This document shows, piece by piece, positions 18,583-29,550 of a DNA stretch of 64,000 nucleotides (positions within the stretch are counted from its first letter, which is position 1; each line of letters opens with the position of its first letter). The notes below the pieces were generated by a model. The model was not told where the DNA came from, made no database searches, and saw only the letters and a list, made by a program, of their open reading frames with translations. Source of the stretch: Polyangiales bacterium (GTDB lineage Bacteria > Myxococcota_A > Polyangia > Polyangiales > Ga0077539); the NCBI GenBank assembly GCA_044229975.1, contig JBGARZ010000005.1, positions 64,001 through 128,000 of the forward strand. Reading direction: 5' to 3'. Both the position numbers and the translations under genes were made by a program.

Positions 18583-18824
18583 GGGGTGCTGGTCGGGGGC
18601 TTCGGGGGAGCGTTTTTCGGGGGCTTGGGGTCGTCGCGGGTCGCGAAGCGGTACATCGATCGGAATCCTGCCGCCGTCCCGATGACGAACCCCACCAGGA
18701 GGAACGTTTCACCGGTGTGGAACTTCGCATCCAGCCAGCGCCCGAGCGCCCCCATCACGACGATGGAGAGGACGAACTCGAGCCCCAGCGAGAGCCCGGC
18801 GACATCACGGAGAGGAAGCTTCAT
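18579..18824 (-). CDS. atpZ: AtpZ/AtpI family protein
   Basis: SLGLEF..GALGRWLDAKFHT..G..AGFRSMYR. Confidence 0.8.
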   Translation of the reverse strand: MKLPLRDVAGLSLGLEFVLSIVVMGALGRWLDAKFHTGETFLLVGFVIGTAAGFRSMYRFATRDDPKPPKNAPPKPPTSTP

Positions 18825-18926
18825 GCGATCTCTCTGTGGTGCGGCCGGTGACCCATCAAGGCGTCGACCGATCGGCGCGGCTTCTATCACCGCGCCGTTT
18901 CGCGGGTCAAGCCGTGGAAACGCCCC

Positions 18927-20801
18927 TCAGGGATCGTCGTGTTCGGAGAGCTGGAGCACCCCTGGATGCAGGTGTTCGTAGGCCGCCTGCGCCCGCCTCG
19001 GGCCGACGCCCGTCACCGACGTCAGCTCGGCCAGCGTCGCCTCGGCCACCCCCGCCACGCTCCCAAACTTCCGCAGCAATGCCTTGGCCGCCATCGGCCC
19101 GAGACCCGGCAGCCCGTCGAGCTCGCTCCGCAGGCGCTTCTTGTGGTGCAGCGCCTCGCGCGTGCGGTTCGCAAACCGGTGCGCCTCGTCCCGCGCCCTC
19201 GCCAGCGGAACCAACGCCGGCCCGTTGTCCCGGATGGTCACCGGGTTCTTGCGGCCGGGCTGATAGACGCGGTCGACGACCTTCTCGCCGAGGACGTTCT
19301 CTCGCTCCTTGGCGAGCGAGCACACCGCGAGGTCGGTGACGCCGAGCTCCTTCAGCACCGTCATGGCGATGCCGAGCTGACCGCGTCCGCCGTCGACCAC
19401 GAAGAGGTCGGGCAGCTCCCAGCCCTTCTCGTGGTTCTTGCCGCGACGGAAGCGCCGCGAGAGCACCTCGTACATGGCCTTGTAATCGTCGCCGGTGTTC
19501 TCGGTGCGGACGTGGAAGCCCTTGTACCCGCGCTTGTAGGGAATGCCGTCGACGAGGCACACCACCGCGCCGACGGTCTCGGCCCCCGCATGGTGCGAGA
19601 TGTCCACGCACTCGATGGTGCGCGGCGGCTCTTCCAAACCCAACGCGCGGGCCAGCGCCTCGGCCTGCCCCCCGGCGCTCGCGACGGCCATGCGCTTCTC
19701 GCGGAAGGCGTGGCGGGCGTTTTCCATCGCCATGGAGAGCAGTGGTGCACCGCTCCCGTCGGTGGGCTTCACGATGATCTTCACGGGTTTGCCGCGCTGC
19801 TCGGAGAGCACCTCGGCGATGCCGTCGCAGCCTTCGGGTTCGAGCGGCAGCACCACCTCGTCGGGGATGGTCGCTCCGTCGCCCGCGTAGCGCCCGGTGA
19901 GCACCTGCGAGACGAGCTCGTCGTCCGGGAGCTCCGACCGCGCGAACACCATCGACTGCGTGTCGCGCACGAAGCCGCTGCGCACGATGAGCAGCGTGAT
20001 GACCACGCCGTCGCCCTCGCGGTAGAGGCCGAACACGTCGCGATCGAGGTCGCTCACCTCGGCCACGCGCTGCGCCTCGGTCACCTGCGCGACGGCGGTG
20101 ATCTGATCGCGCAGCCTCGCCGCGCGCTCGAACTCCATCGCATTCGACGCCGCGCGCATCTCCTCTTCGAGCGACCCCACGAGCTCGCGGGTGCGACCCC
20201 CGAGGAACATCTCCACGTAGTCCACCTGCGCCGCGTACTCCTCCGGCGGAACGGGCAACACGCACGGCCCCGAGCAGCGCTTGATCTGGTGTTCGAGGCA
20301 CGGCCGCGTGCGCTGCGCGAACTCGTCGTCGTCGCAGGTGCGGAGCTGGAAGTGGCGGTTGATGGTCTTGAGCGTGCGCCGCGCCTCGGTGGAGCTCGGG
20401 TACGGCCCGAAGTACGCGGCGCCGTCGGCCTTCGGGCGACGAACGACCTCCAACCGGGGCCACGCGACGCGCTTGTCGAGGCGCACCGAGAGGTAGTCTT
20501 TGTCGTCGCGGAGCCGGACGTTGTACTTCGGGCGGTGCTGCTTGATGAGGGAGTTTTCGAGCAGCACGGCCTCCTTCTCGGAGGCGGTGACGACGGTCTC
20601 GATGTCGCCGAGCACGCGGTCGAGCAGCGGGATGAAGTACCGGTAGTCCGAGCTGTTGGGCTGGAAGTACTGCCGCACGCGCTGCCGCAGCGAGCGCGCC
20701 TTGCCGACGTAGACCACCACCCCCTTCTTGTTCTTGAAGAGGTAGCAGCCGGGGGACGTGGGCAGCGTGTCGAGCCGGGCCCGGAGCTCTTCTTCTTGCA
20801 T
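18927..20801 (-). CDS. uvrC: excinuclease ABC subunit C
   Basis: GIY-YIG N-terminus (PGCYLFK..YVGKA), IECVDISH, DGGRGQ, RDEAHRFA, C-terminal HhH. Confidence 0.97.
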   Translation of the reverse strand: MQEEELRARLDTLPTSPGCYLFKNKKGVVVYVGKARSLRQRVRQYFQPNSSDYRYFIPLLDRVLGDIETVVTASEKEAVLLENSLIKQHRPKYNVRLRDDKDYLSVRLDKRVAWPRLEVVRRPKADGAAYFGPYPSSTEARRTLKTINRHFQLRTCDDDEFAQRTRPCLEHQIKRCSGPCVLPVPPEEYAAQVDYVEMFLGGRTRELVGSLEEEMRAASNAMEFERAARLRDQITAVAQVTEAQRVAEVSDLDRDVFGLYREGDGVVITLLIVRSGFVRDTQSMVFARSELPDDELVSQVLTGRYAGDGATIPDEVVLPLEPEGCDGIAEVLSEQRGKPVKIIVKPTDGSGAPLLSMAMENARHAFREKRMAVASAGGQAEALARALGLEEPPRTIECVDISHHAGAETVGAVVCLVDGIPYKRGYKGFHVRTENTGDDYKAMYEVLSRRFRRGKNHEKGWELPDLFVVDGGRGQLGIAMTVLKELGVTDLAVCSLAKERENVLGEKVVDRVYQPGRKNPVTIRDNGPALVPLARARDEAHRFANRTREALHHKKRLRSELDGLPGLGPMAAKALLRKFGSVAGVAEATLAELTSVTGVGPRRAQAAYEHLHPGVLQLSEHDDP

Positions 20802-20963
20802 TGGAAAGCGGCAGTCTACGGTCGTCCCGCGCATCGGTCGATCGTTCGTGCGTCGGGGTTGAGGTTGTCGCGGGCTCTCTGGCATCCTGCGCGCGGACAA
20901 GCCGGGGAGCAGGGAGTTCGCCCTCCTGTGATCGCGGCCCCCATCACACGAGGTGACCTTCTG

Positions 20964-21956
20964 ATGTCTTCCGCCCGCGCTCCGTCGATCGTGCTCTCCC
21001 TGGGTCTGGTCGCCGCGTGTTCGTCGCGCCCGCCGCCCCGCCCGGTCGTCGTGGCCCGGCCGCCCGACCCGGTCGCCATCTCGCTCGGCGAGGTGCGCGT
21101 CAACCACACGCCGTGGACGGCGCCCACCCCACCGCCCTTCCCCCCGCCGCCGCGTCGCGCGCCCCGTCGCGTGAGCATCCCGATGGACGTCGCGCAGCCC
21201 ATCCTCGCCTCCACCAACGCCCCGGTGCGCGCTTGCTACAAAGCCTTCCTGGCGTTTTCGCCGCAGGCCGGCGGCTCCATCGTCACGCTCATCACCGTCG
21301 GCCCGGGCGGCTCCGTCAGCGACGTCGAGACCGTCGGAACGCCCGACCCCTCGCTCGCCATCATGTCGCAGTGCGTGCTCACCGCCCTGCGCACGCGGCG
21401 CTTCCCGGCGCTCGGCGCGCCGTCACTGATGTCGTTTCCGTTCAGCTTCCGCAGCGGCGAGGTCAACGGCCAGACGCTGCCCGCGCCGACGCTCCCGGAG
21501 CCCCGCCCCGGCGAGATGCAGGTGCCCAACCCCGAGAACGTCACCGTCAACCCGTGGCGCCCCGCGCTCATCCCGGCGAGCAACCCGGTGCCCGTGATGA
21601 CCCGCGAGCTCGTCGACACCGTCATCCCCGACGTGCAGTCGCTCGCCGACACCTGCTACGCCGCCACGCTCGTGATGAACCCCGCCGCCGAAGGCGACTT
21701 CACCCTGCGCGCCGCGGTCGAGCCCTCGGGCAACGTCAACCGCCTCGACATCACGCCCGCGGACTTCCCGTCGCCCATGCGCGACTGCGTGGTGACGCTC
21801 GGTCGGCAGCTCCACTTCCACCCGAGCCTGACCGGCGCCGTGGTCACCATCCCGGTGACCCTCCATCGCGTCGAGCCCGAGGCCCCCGGCACCACCAACG
21901 CCCCGGCCTCACCCGCCACCGCAGGCGGCTCGATCGTCCCCGTCCCCGCCCGCTAA
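20964..21956 (+). CDS. lipoprotein with two TonB-C/AgmX-PglI-like domains
   Basis: LVAAC lipobox; VRACY...QCV...FP..FPF and TCY...DCV...F..IP repeats. Confidence 0.7.
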   Translation: MSSARAPSIVLSLGLVAACSSRPPPRPVVVARPPDPVAISLGEVRVNHTPWTAPTPPPFPPPPRRAPRRVSIPMDVAQPILASTNAPVRACYKAFLAFSPQAGGSIVTLITVGPGGSVSDVETVGTPDPSLAIMSQCVLTALRTRRFPALGAPSLMSFPFSFRSGEVNGQTLPAPTLPEPRPGEMQVPNPENVTVNPWRPALIPASNPVPVMTRELVDTVIPDVQSLADTCYAATLVMNPAAEGDFTLRAAVEPSGNVNRLDITPADFPSPMRDCVVTLGRQLHFHPSLTGAVVTIPVTLHRVEPEAPGTTNAPASPATAGGSIVPVPAR

Positions 21957-22621
21957 CCCCGCAACCGTCGGTACGCCGCGATCACCGCGCGCAGCCGCTC
22001 CGCCCGCGACGCATCTCCTGCGTGGCGGTCGGGGTGCAGCGCCATCACCAGCTCCTGGAAGCGCCTTCGCAGGGCCACGGTGCCCGGGTCGCGGTCGAAG
22101 CCCAGCGCCGCGAGATCGCTCACGCGCGCGGGGTCGACGGACGAGTGATCGCGACGTCGCGGCCGGCCGTGGAAGGTCTCCGACGCGAGCAACGGCGCCT
22201 GCTCGGCGGTGCCCTCGGGCAGCGCTCGCGCGGAACGAAAACGCAGCGATGCCGCACCCACGCGGTAGAGGGATTCGAGTCGCGAGAGGCGCTGGGCGTC
22301 GAGCACACGATCGCGGGTCGAGGCGCTCACCACGCGCCGCCAGACGAGCGCCTGCCCGATGCGAAAACCTCGCGCGCGCCCTTCTCCCCACGCACGCTCG
22401 ACGGCGCCTCGATCGGCGACACCCGCGGCCACGGCCACGTCGCCGAAGCGACGCGCATCGGACGGCGACTCGACGGCCTGCACGGCACCACCGCGGAGAT
22501 GAACGTGATGGGTGCGGTCGGACTCGACGACCTCCAGGGTGCCGGTGGCGTTGGCGCGGTGGAGGGCAGCGAGCAGGTCGCCCAGGGTGGTCTCACCGAG
22601 CTGCGAAGGGAGGGTCATCAC
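21953..22621 (-). CDS. DUF4388-like domain plus C-terminal J domain protein
   Basis: LGDLLAAL..ATGTLEV N-terminus; LHPDR J-domain motif. Confidence 0.75.
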   Translation of the reverse strand: MMTLPSQLGETTLGDLLAALHRANATGTLEVVESDRTHHVHLRGGAVQAVESPSDARRFGDVAVAAGVADRGAVERAWGEGRARGFRIGQALVWRRVVSASTRDRVLDAQRLSRLESLYRVGAASLRFRSARALPEGTAEQAPLLASETFHGRPRRRDHSSVDPARVSDLAALGFDRDPGTVALRRRFQELVMALHPDRHAGDASRAERLRAVIAAYRRLRG

Positions 22622-22672
22622 GGCGCGACGAGACGTAGCAGCAGGGCGCGCGGCACCCGAAGTTCGCGGCTG

Positions 22673-23437
22673 CTACGGGCGAAACAGGTCGACCGCAATC
22701 TTGACGACGAGGCAGAGCACCACCGCGAGGACGACCCACCGCACGAAGCGATCGCCGCGCTTCACGGCGAGGCGCGCACCGAAGGCGCCGCCGAGAAACT
22801 GGGCCGCGGCCATGGGGAGCGCCACGCGCCAGCGCACGTCGCCGTGGAGGGTGAAGATGGCGAGGGCCGCGAGGTTGGAGGCGAAGTTGACGACCTTGGC
22901 GTTGGCGCTCGCGCGGGCCATCGGCTCACGCAGCCAGGTCACGTACGACAGGATCACGAAGGTCCCGGTGCCGGGTCCGAAGAGGCCGTCGTACGCGCCG
23001 ATGATGTAGGCGATGAGACCCGCGCGCAGCTTCGGGGAGGCTTCGGGCGGGAGCGATTCGGTGGGCCGCGCGACGTCGCGTCGGAAGGTGAGCACGAGCG
23101 CGACGAGCACCAGCAGCACCAGCACCATCGGACGCAGCAGGTGCCGCGGAACCTTGTGCGCGACGAGCCACGCGCCGCCGAGCGACCCGACGAAAGCGAA
23201 GCCGAAGGAGAGCAGTACACGCGAGCGATCGATGGCACCGAGGCGCCAGAAGTTGATGAGCGCGCTGAGCGAGCCGAAGGTGGACTGACCCTTGTTGGTT
23301 CCGAGGGCGAGCGGCACCGGGAGGCCCGCGGCGAGGAGGGCCGGAAGCGTGATGAGGCCGCCACCGCCGGCGATGGCGTCGACGGTTCCGGCCGCGAAGG
23401 CGGCGGCCACGAGCGCGGCGGTGACCGGGAGGTCCAT
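22673..23437 (-). CDS. TSUP (TauE/SafE) family transporter
   Basis: DAIAGGGGLITLPALL, LGTNK, YDGLFGPGTGTF. Confidence 0.9.
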   Translation of the reverse strand: MDLPVTAALVAAAFAAGTVDAIAGGGGLITLPALLAAGLPVPLALGTNKGQSTFGSLSALINFWRLGAIDRSRVLLSFGFAFVGSLGGAWLVAHKVPRHLLRPMVLVLLVLVALVLTFRRDVARPTESLPPEASPKLRAGLIAYIIGAYDGLFGPGTGTFVILSYVTWLREPMARASANAKVVNFASNLAALAIFTLHGDVRWRVALPMAAAQFLGGAFGARLAVKRGDRFVRWVVLAVVLCLVVKIAVDLFRP

Positions 23438-23440
23438 CCG

Positions 23441-24988
23441 CTAGGCGAGCGCGCCGACGGCGGCTTCGACGGCAGCGAGCAGCGAGCCGTCGACGATGGA
23501 TCGATCGGCGAGCGCGAAGTCTGGCGCGAGCGCGCGATCGCCGGAGAGCGTCGCGACCATCGAGCGCAGGTGGGCGTGCGCCGCGGCGACGCCGCGACCG
23601 GCCTTGAGAGGGAGTCGCGCATCGAGGCCCTGGGCGGCGGCGAGCATCTCGATGGCGACGGCCATGCGCGCGTTGCGAACGACCCGCGCCGCCTTGATGG
23701 CCGAGATGGAACCCATGGACACATGGTCTTCTCGGCCCGCCGACGAGGGGATGGAGTCGACGCTGGCGGGGTGGCAGAGCACCTTGTTCTCGCTGACGAG
23801 GGCGGCCGCGGTGACCTGGGCGATCATGAAGCCCGAGTCGAGGCCGGTGTGCGGTGCGAGGAAGGGAGGCAGGCCCGACGAGAGTGCCGGGTTGACGAGC
23901 TGCTCGACGCGGCGCTCGGAGATGTTGGCGAGCTCGGCGCAGGTCATGGCGAGCAGGTCGAGCGCGAAGGCCAGCGGCTGCCCGTGGAAGTTGCCACCGG
24001 AGACCACCTCGGCGCCGCTCTCTCCGACGAACACCAGCGGGTTGTCGGTGACGCTGTTGGCCTCGCGGGCGAGCACCTCGCGCACCCAGCGCATGGCGTC
24101 GCGCGAGGCGCCGTGCACCTGGGGCATGCAGCGCAGGGAGTACGGGTCTTGGACCTTGCCGCAGTCGCGGTGACTCTCGGCGATCTCGCTCTCGATGAGC
24201 AGCGCGCGGAGGTTGCTCGCGGAGGCCAGCGCGCCGGGGTGGGGGCGCACGGCGACGACACGCTCTTCAAAGGGGTGGCCGCTGCCCTTGAGGGCTTCGA
24301 GCGACATGGCCCCGGCGACGTCGGCGCAGCGCGCGAGGGTCTCGGCGTCGTGGAGAGACAGTGCGCCCGAGGCGAGCATGAGCTGCGTGCCGTTGATGAG
24401 GGAGAGGCCCTCCTTGGCTTCGAGCGAGAGCGCCGTGATGCCCGCGCGGGACATCGCCTCGGCGCCAGGCAGGATGGTTCCGTCGAGCTCGGCCTGACCT
24501 TCACCGATGAGCACCGAGGCGAGGTGCGCGAGCGGGGCGAGGTCGCCCGATGCACCGACGCTCCCCTGCGAAGGGATGATCGGATGCACGTTGCGATTGA
24601 GCATCGCGAGCAGGGTGTCGACGACGACCGGCCGAACGCCCGAGTGCCCGAGCGCGAGCACCTGGGCGCGCAGGAGCATCATCGCGCGCGTGACTTCGGC
24701 GGACAGCGGATCGCCGACGCCGCACGAGTGGCTGCGGAGGAGGTTGTGCTGGAGGCTGCGGATGTCTCCGGGCGAGATGCGCGTCTCGGCGAGCGCGCCG
24801 AAGCCGGTGTTGACGCCATAGACACGGGGGGAGTCGTCGCCCCCGGCCGCGATGGCGTCGATGGCGGCCCGCGACGCCGCGACCTTCGCGCGAGCGCCTT
24901 CATCGAAGGTCACCGGTCGGCGCAGGCGCGCCACCGCGACGAGATCTTCCAACGACAGCATCGCCCCGACCCGCACCGGCTCACTCAT
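23441..24988 (-). CDS. hutH: histidine ammonia-lyase
   Basis: [25 protein letters not shown] (MIO), [22 protein letters not shown]. Confidence 0.95.
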   Translation of the reverse strand: MSEPVRVGAMLSLEDLVAVARLRRPVTFDEGARAKVAASRAAIDAIAAGGDDSPRVYGVNTGFGALAETRISPGDIRSLQHNLLRSHSCGVGDPLSAEVTRAMMLLRAQVLALGHSGVRPVVVDTLLAMLNRNVHPIIPSQGSVGASGDLAPLAHLASVLIGEGQAELDGTILPGAEAMSRAGITALSLEAKEGLSLINGTQLMLASGALSLHDAETLARCADVAGAMSLEALKGSGHPFEERVVAVRPHPGALASASNLRALLIESEIAESHRDCGKVQDPYSLRCMPQVHGASRDAMRWVREVLAREANSVTDNPLVFVGESGAEVVSGGNFHGQPLAFALDLLAMTCAELANISERRVEQLVNPALSSGLPPFLAPHTGLDSGFMIAQVTAAALVSENKVLCHPASVDSIPSSAGREDHVSMGSISAIKAARVVRNARMAVAIEMLAAAQGLDARLPLKAGRGVAAAHAHLRSMVATLSGDRALAPDFALADRSIVDGSLLAAVEAAVGALA

Positions 24989-25040
24989 GACGTAGAGGGG
25001 TCTACACCAGATCGTGCACGGCATAGGATCGTCTCGACCC

Positions 25041-25871
25041 ATGACGACGAGGCGGTGGCTGCTGCTGGCGGTGCTCGGAGGTTGCACCGACGCGCTTCCG
25101 TCGAGCTCCACGGTGGATGTCCTGCGCATCCTCGCGATGACGACTGCGACCCCTGAGGTTCGACCTGGCGAGGGGATCACCGTGCGAGCGTTGTGGTTCG
25201 ACCCGGTGGGTGGGCGTTTGGTGCGGTGGCGTTGGCGGTTGTGCGACGCGGGCGTGGCCGACGACCCGCGCGTCTGTGCGCGGGCGACGGGCGCCATCGA
25301 GCTGTCGAGCGGCACGGCCGATCAGGCGGAGATCACGGCGGCGACCTTGGGAACCAGCGACCGAACGTGGGTGGTCTACGCCATCGCGTGCTCTGGGATG
25401 GACGCGACCATCGACCCGCGCGAAGGGCGACTGGTGTGTCCCGAGGGGGTTGGCTCGGAGGCGTTTCGGCGGGTGACCGTTCGGACGACGGGCGAGCTCA
25501 ACCGACCGCCCGCGATCGCACGCTGGACGCTTGGCCACGCGGGTCAGGAGTTCGCGCTGGAGGATGGTGCGACGGTCGCGGTGGGTGGTCTCAGCGCCTG
25601 TGATGGGGATTGTCCGTCGCTCACGTTGACGCTCACTCCGGCGACCGATGCCGCCGAGGCGACGGAGTCACTGCTCGGCTCGGTGTACGTGACCAGCGGG
25701 GCCGTGGCTCCGCCGCGGGCGGTCAACGACCCCGGGCGGGTGGCGCCGATGGTCTTGCGGTGGGTTCCGCAGCGGGTGGTGGTGGGGAGCGAGGTGGCCC
25801 GGGTGTGGGCGGTGCTGCGCGATCAGCGGGGCGGGGAGTCGGCGCGGTCGGTGATCGTCACCGCGCCGTGA
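25041..25871 (+). CDS. hypothetical lipoprotein
   Basis: LAVLGGC lipobox; [16 protein letters not shown]. Confidence 0.75.
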   Translation: MTTRRWLLLAVLGGCTDALPSSSTVDVLRILAMTTATPEVRPGEGITVRALWFDPVGGRLVRWRWRLCDAGVADDPRVCARATGAIELSSGTADQAEITAATLGTSDRTWVVYAIACSGMDATIDPREGRLVCPEGVGSEAFRRVTVRTTGELNRPPAIARWTLGHAGQEFALEDGATVAVGGLSACDGDCPSLTLTLTPATDAAEATESLLGSVYVTSGAVAPPRAVNDPGRVAPMVLRWVPQRVVVGSEVARVWAVLRDQRGGESARSVIVTAP

Positions 25872-25874
25872 GGG

Positions 25875-26888
25875 TCACTGGCAGCGTGCGTTGACGCAGG
25901 TGAGACCCGCGGTGCAGTCCGCCGAGCGCATGCACTGGGGGTTCTGCTCGTTGGAGCTGGTGCAGAGCGAGCGGCCCATCGCGTCGGGCGCGGCGCAGCG
26001 ATCGAACTGCACGTCGACGGTGAGGCAGGCGCCGTCGGTGCCCACGCCCGGCATCGGGCAGAGGCGGCGGCACGCGCCGTTGTTGCAGACCGAGCCGCTG
26101 TTGCACTGCGAGTCCATCGTGCAGAACGGCCGCGGGCGGGTGTCGACGCGGCACACGCCGCCGAGGCACACGTTGCCGCTGCCGCACTGGGCGTCGGCGG
26201 TGCAGGTGGCGAGGCAGGTTCCGCTCACGCAGAGCTGGGCGCTGGTGCAGCGACCGCCGCAGTCGTTGTTGTTGGTGGGATAGGTGCAGCGGCCGCTGGT
26301 GCAGACCTGACCCGCGGCGCAGACCGTCGCGACGTTGGCGGCGGTGCAGCCGGTCACGATGCACTGACCGTCGACGCACGCCTGGCCCGAGCCGGTGCAC
26401 TGGTAGTCGAAGGTGCAGCGGTTGGCGTCGGGCTGGCACGTGCCACCGAGGCAGACCGGGGTCGACCCGCTGCACTGGGCGTTGGTGGTGCAGCCGCCGC
26501 CCGGGACGCAGCGGCGCGAGTTGGTGTCGCAGACGAGGCCCACGGTGACCGCGATGCACTGGGCGTTGGTGCTGCATCCCGGGACGCAGGCGCCACGCGA
26601 GGTCTCGCAGTACTGGCCGGTGGGGCAGCCCGCCGTGCTCGAACAGGTCTGGGTGGCGGTGCAGCGGCCGGTCGCGGTGTCGCAGTAGCCGCCGGGGCAC
26701 ATCGTGCTGCTGGTGCAGGCGCGGGGACCGCTGTCGACGGTGCCGCTGTCGACGCCACCGGCGTCCGTCACGGGGATGGTGGTGTCGGGGCCCATGGCCT
26801 CCTCGCTCCACACCGGGCAGCCGAGCAACCACGCGCCAAACGCGCCGACGATCGAGAAGGATTGAAGAGAGATGAGGTGCTTGCGCAT
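25875..26888 (-). CDS. Cys-rich repeat lipoprotein
   Basis: LLGC lipobox; many CxxxxxCxxGxxC repeats. Confidence 0.85.
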   Translation of the reverse strand: MRKHLISLQSFSIVGAFGAWLLGCPVWSEEAMGPDTTIPVTDAGGVDSGTVDSGPRACTSSTMCPGGYCDTATGRCTATQTCSSTAGCPTGQYCETSRGACVPGCSTNAQCIAVTVGLVCDTNSRRCVPGGGCTTNAQCSGSTPVCLGGTCQPDANRCTFDYQCTGSGQACVDGQCIVTGCTAANVATVCAAGQVCTSGRCTYPTNNNDCGGRCTSAQLCVSGTCLATCTADAQCGSGNVCLGGVCRVDTRPRPFCTMDSQCNSGSVCNNGACRRLCPMPGVGTDGACLTVDVQFDRCAAPDAMGRSLCTSSNEQNPQCMRSADCTAGLTCVNARCQ

Positions 26889-27178
26889 GGTGACGCCTCC
26901 AGAAGCGGTAGAGCCCTACCGAGCGATCGGGTCTGTCGTGGTGTTGAGGTGGGGACGATGGTCCGTTTCAGCATCTCCCATGCCGAGGCTCAAGTCTCGC
27001 GAGAGTTCCGTCGGGCGGTCCGAGAGCAGAGTGCCGTGAATGAGCGTTCATAGGGTCCCCGTGAACGGCGCCGCGGCGGCCGGTCGCCCAATGAGGGGGG
27101 CGCGTGCGGTTGTTTCGACACCGCGGAGAGCAGTCTGTTATCGTCGCGCCGCCGCGTAGAAGAGGGCGGAACGAGCGC

Positions 27179-29548
27179 ATGGACGTCGTATGTGAACGCT
27201 GCAAGGCCGAGTACGAATTTGACGATGCGCTCGTTTCCGAACGGGGGACCACGGTCAAGTGCACGAACTGTAGCCACCAGTTCAAGATCTTCCGTCCGAC
27301 GTCCGAGAGCGACGCCGCCAAGGTGTGGAACCTCCGTCGACCCGACGGGACGGTGATCCCCTTCGACTCGCTCGCCGTGCTCCAGAAGTGGATCCTGGAG
27401 GGCAAGGTCAGCAAGATGGACGAGATCTCCCGGGCAGGTGAAGCCTGGAAGAGCCTCGGCGCCATCGCGGAGCTCGAGAGCTTCTTCGCCACTGCCGAAC
27501 TCCGCGCTTCGCAGAACGCCCCCGGCCGCGCCGGCCAGCGCTTCCCGAGCATGAACGGCGTGCGCGCGCCCACTCCCGCTCCGGGCACCGCGTCGCGCTC
27601 CAACCCTGCGAGCGGCTCCAAGACGTCGTCCCCCGCGCTGAGTTCGCCCACCATCCGCCCCGGCGGCGCGGCACCACCCCCGCCACCCCCGGTTGCCCTC
27701 CGCGCTCCGTCGCACGGGGGCTCTGGCTCGTCGGGGCTCCGTGCTCCGTCGCAAGGCGGCACGTCTTCGGGACTGCGCGCTCCTTCGCAGGGTGGAACAC
27801 CGCCGCCCGTTCCGACGGGATTGCGCGGTCCATCGGGCGTGAAGCCCGCGGTCAGCACGATGGTGCAGATTCCGCCGCCGCCGAAGATGCCCACGGAGAT
27901 GGGCCCGCCTTCTTCTCCCCTCCCCGCGGCCGACCGGCACGAGCCGCTCGTCGACGAGGTCGAGCGGGCGAGGCCGCGGAGCGTTCCGCCGAAGGTGGCG
28001 CTCCCGCCGCTGCCCACGCTCACGACGCCGCCGCGAGACCTCGTCGACGACCAGGCGCCCACGCGGAGCATGAACTCCGACCTGAAGCTCCCCCGCAGCG
28101 CTCCGCCCCCGCCAGAGCGGCGCAGCGGGCTGGTGCTCGGCCTGGTGGTCGGTGCCGTCATCGCCGCCATCGCCGTCGGCGTGTCGTGGCAGATGGGCGC
28201 GCTCGGCCCGGGCAACGCGACCGCCAACAACACCCCGCGACCGGCGGCGGACACCGCCCACCGCGACGCCATCATCGGGCGCGCCACGGAGAAGACCCGT
28301 CGGTACAGCGCCGCGGCCTTCGACGAAGCCCGCGAAGAGCTCAACACCGCCATCACCCTCAACCCCGCCGACGCCGTGCTCACCGCGACGCGCGCGGAGG
28401 TGCTCGCGGCCTGGTCAGAGATGCTCGCGCAGCAGGCCGACGACCTCGAAGCACAGGCCACTGCGCCCGGTGCCGACGTGGCCCGGCTGCGCGCCGAAGC
28501 GGATCTCCTGCGTCGTGAGAGCGGCACCCGGAAGGAGCGCGCGCGCGCCGACCTGCGCGCCGCCGAAGGGGCTCTCGACAGCGTCCCCGCGGGGGACCGG
28601 CCGCTCGTCGAAGCCCGCCTCGCCGACGCCGCGCGCGTCGTGGGCGAGAGCAGCGTGGCCGCCCACCTCGAAGCCGCACGGCGCACCACGCCCACCGCCG
28701 AGTCGTCCCTCTACCTCGCGCTCGCCTCGATCACGGACGACGCCACGTCGGCCACCGCGGGCCTCCGCGCGGCGCTGGCCACCGAGCCGCAAAACCAGCG
28801 GGCCCGCGTGGCGCTCGCCCGGCTCCTCAAGCGCCAGGGCGATGCGCGAGGCGCGCGAGAAGTCCTCGACGAGGGCCTGCGCGCGGATGCCAGCCACGAA
28901 GCGCTGCTCGGGCTGTCACGGTCCCTGGGTGCGGTGGTAGCCGTCAACAGTGACGCCGGTGTCACCGCGGTCGACGCCGGTGCGGCGCTCGTGGCCGCGG
29001 TGACGCCGCCAACCGTGGTGACGCCCACAGCGACGCCCCCGACGCCTCCGAGCACGGCGACCCCGATCGTGATTCCGGCCGAAGCACCTCATCACGGCGG
29101 CACGGCCGCCGAGGTCGGCGGACCGCTTCCACAGGGGTACGACCGTCTCGTGCAGAGCGGCGATCAGCTCCAGCACGCGGGCCGCAGCGCGCTCGCGCGA
29201 GAGCGCTACCAGGCCGCCCTCGCCGCGCGCCCCAACGGCTCCGAGGCGCTCACGGGCCTCGGCTACGTCGAGCTCGACGTCAACGCCGTGGGTGCGGCGA
29301 TCTCTCGCTTCCGCCAGGCGCTCGCCAGCAACTCCCGCTACTCGGAGGCGTACATCGGGCTCGGCGAGGCCTACAGCCACCAGCGCAATTACGCCCAGGC
29401 CGTGCAGGCCTATCAGCAGTACCTGGAGGTCAACCCGGGCGGGTCGCGCGCGGAGATGGCCCGTCGGCAGATCGAGTCGCTGCAAGAGCGCATCAGCTCG
29501 GCACGGTCGCCCGAGTCCGCCGACGCCGACGCCGCGACCAGCCCCTGA
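27179..29548 (+). CDS. zinc-ribbon (MJ0042-like) / TM / TPR protein
   Basis: CERC...CTNC N-terminus, Pro-rich linker, TM helix, C-terminal TPRs. Confidence 0.85.
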   Translation: MDVVCERCKAEYEFDDALVSERGTTVKCTNCSHQFKIFRPTSESDAAKVWNLRRPDGTVIPFDSLAVLQKWILEGKVSKMDEISRAGEAWKSLGAIAELESFFATAELRASQNAPGRAGQRFPSMNGVRAPTPAPGTASRSNPASGSKTSSPALSSPTIRPGGAAPPPPPPVALRAPSHGGSGSSGLRAPSQGGTSSGLRAPSQGGTPPPVPTGLRGPSGVKPAVSTMVQIPPPPKMPTEMGPPSSPLPAADRHEPLVDEVERARPRSVPPKVALPPLPTLTTPPRDLVDDQAPTRSMNSDLKLPRSAPPPPERRSGLVLGLVVGAVIAAIAVGVSWQMGALGPGNATANNTPRPAADTAHRDAIIGRATEKTRRYSAAAFDEAREELNTAITLNPADAVLTATRAEVLAAWSEMLAQQADDLEAQATAPGADVARLRAEADLLRRESGTRKERARADLRAAEGALDSVPAGDRPLVEARLADAARVVGESSVAAHLEAARRTTPTAESSLYLALASITDDATSATAGLRAALATEPQNQRARVALARLLKRQGDARGAREVLDEGLRADASHEALLGLSRSLGAVVAVNSDAGVTAVDAGAALVAAVTPPTVVTPTATPPTPPSTATPIVIPAEAPHHGGTAAEVGGPLPQGYDRLVQSGDQLQHAGRSALARERYQAALAARPNGSEALTGLGYVELDVNAVGAAISRFRQALASNSRYSEAYIGLGEAYSHQRNYAQAVQAYQQYLEVNPGGSRAEMARRQIESLQERISSARSPESADADAATSP

Positions 29549-29550
29549 CG

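Noticed and set aside
21017..25156. 1379-aa + strand ORF, and similar long ORFs at 30403-33603 and 58047-62120
   Set aside because: Shadow frames of real genes in high-GC DNA, rich in Arg/Ala/Gly/His with no motifs
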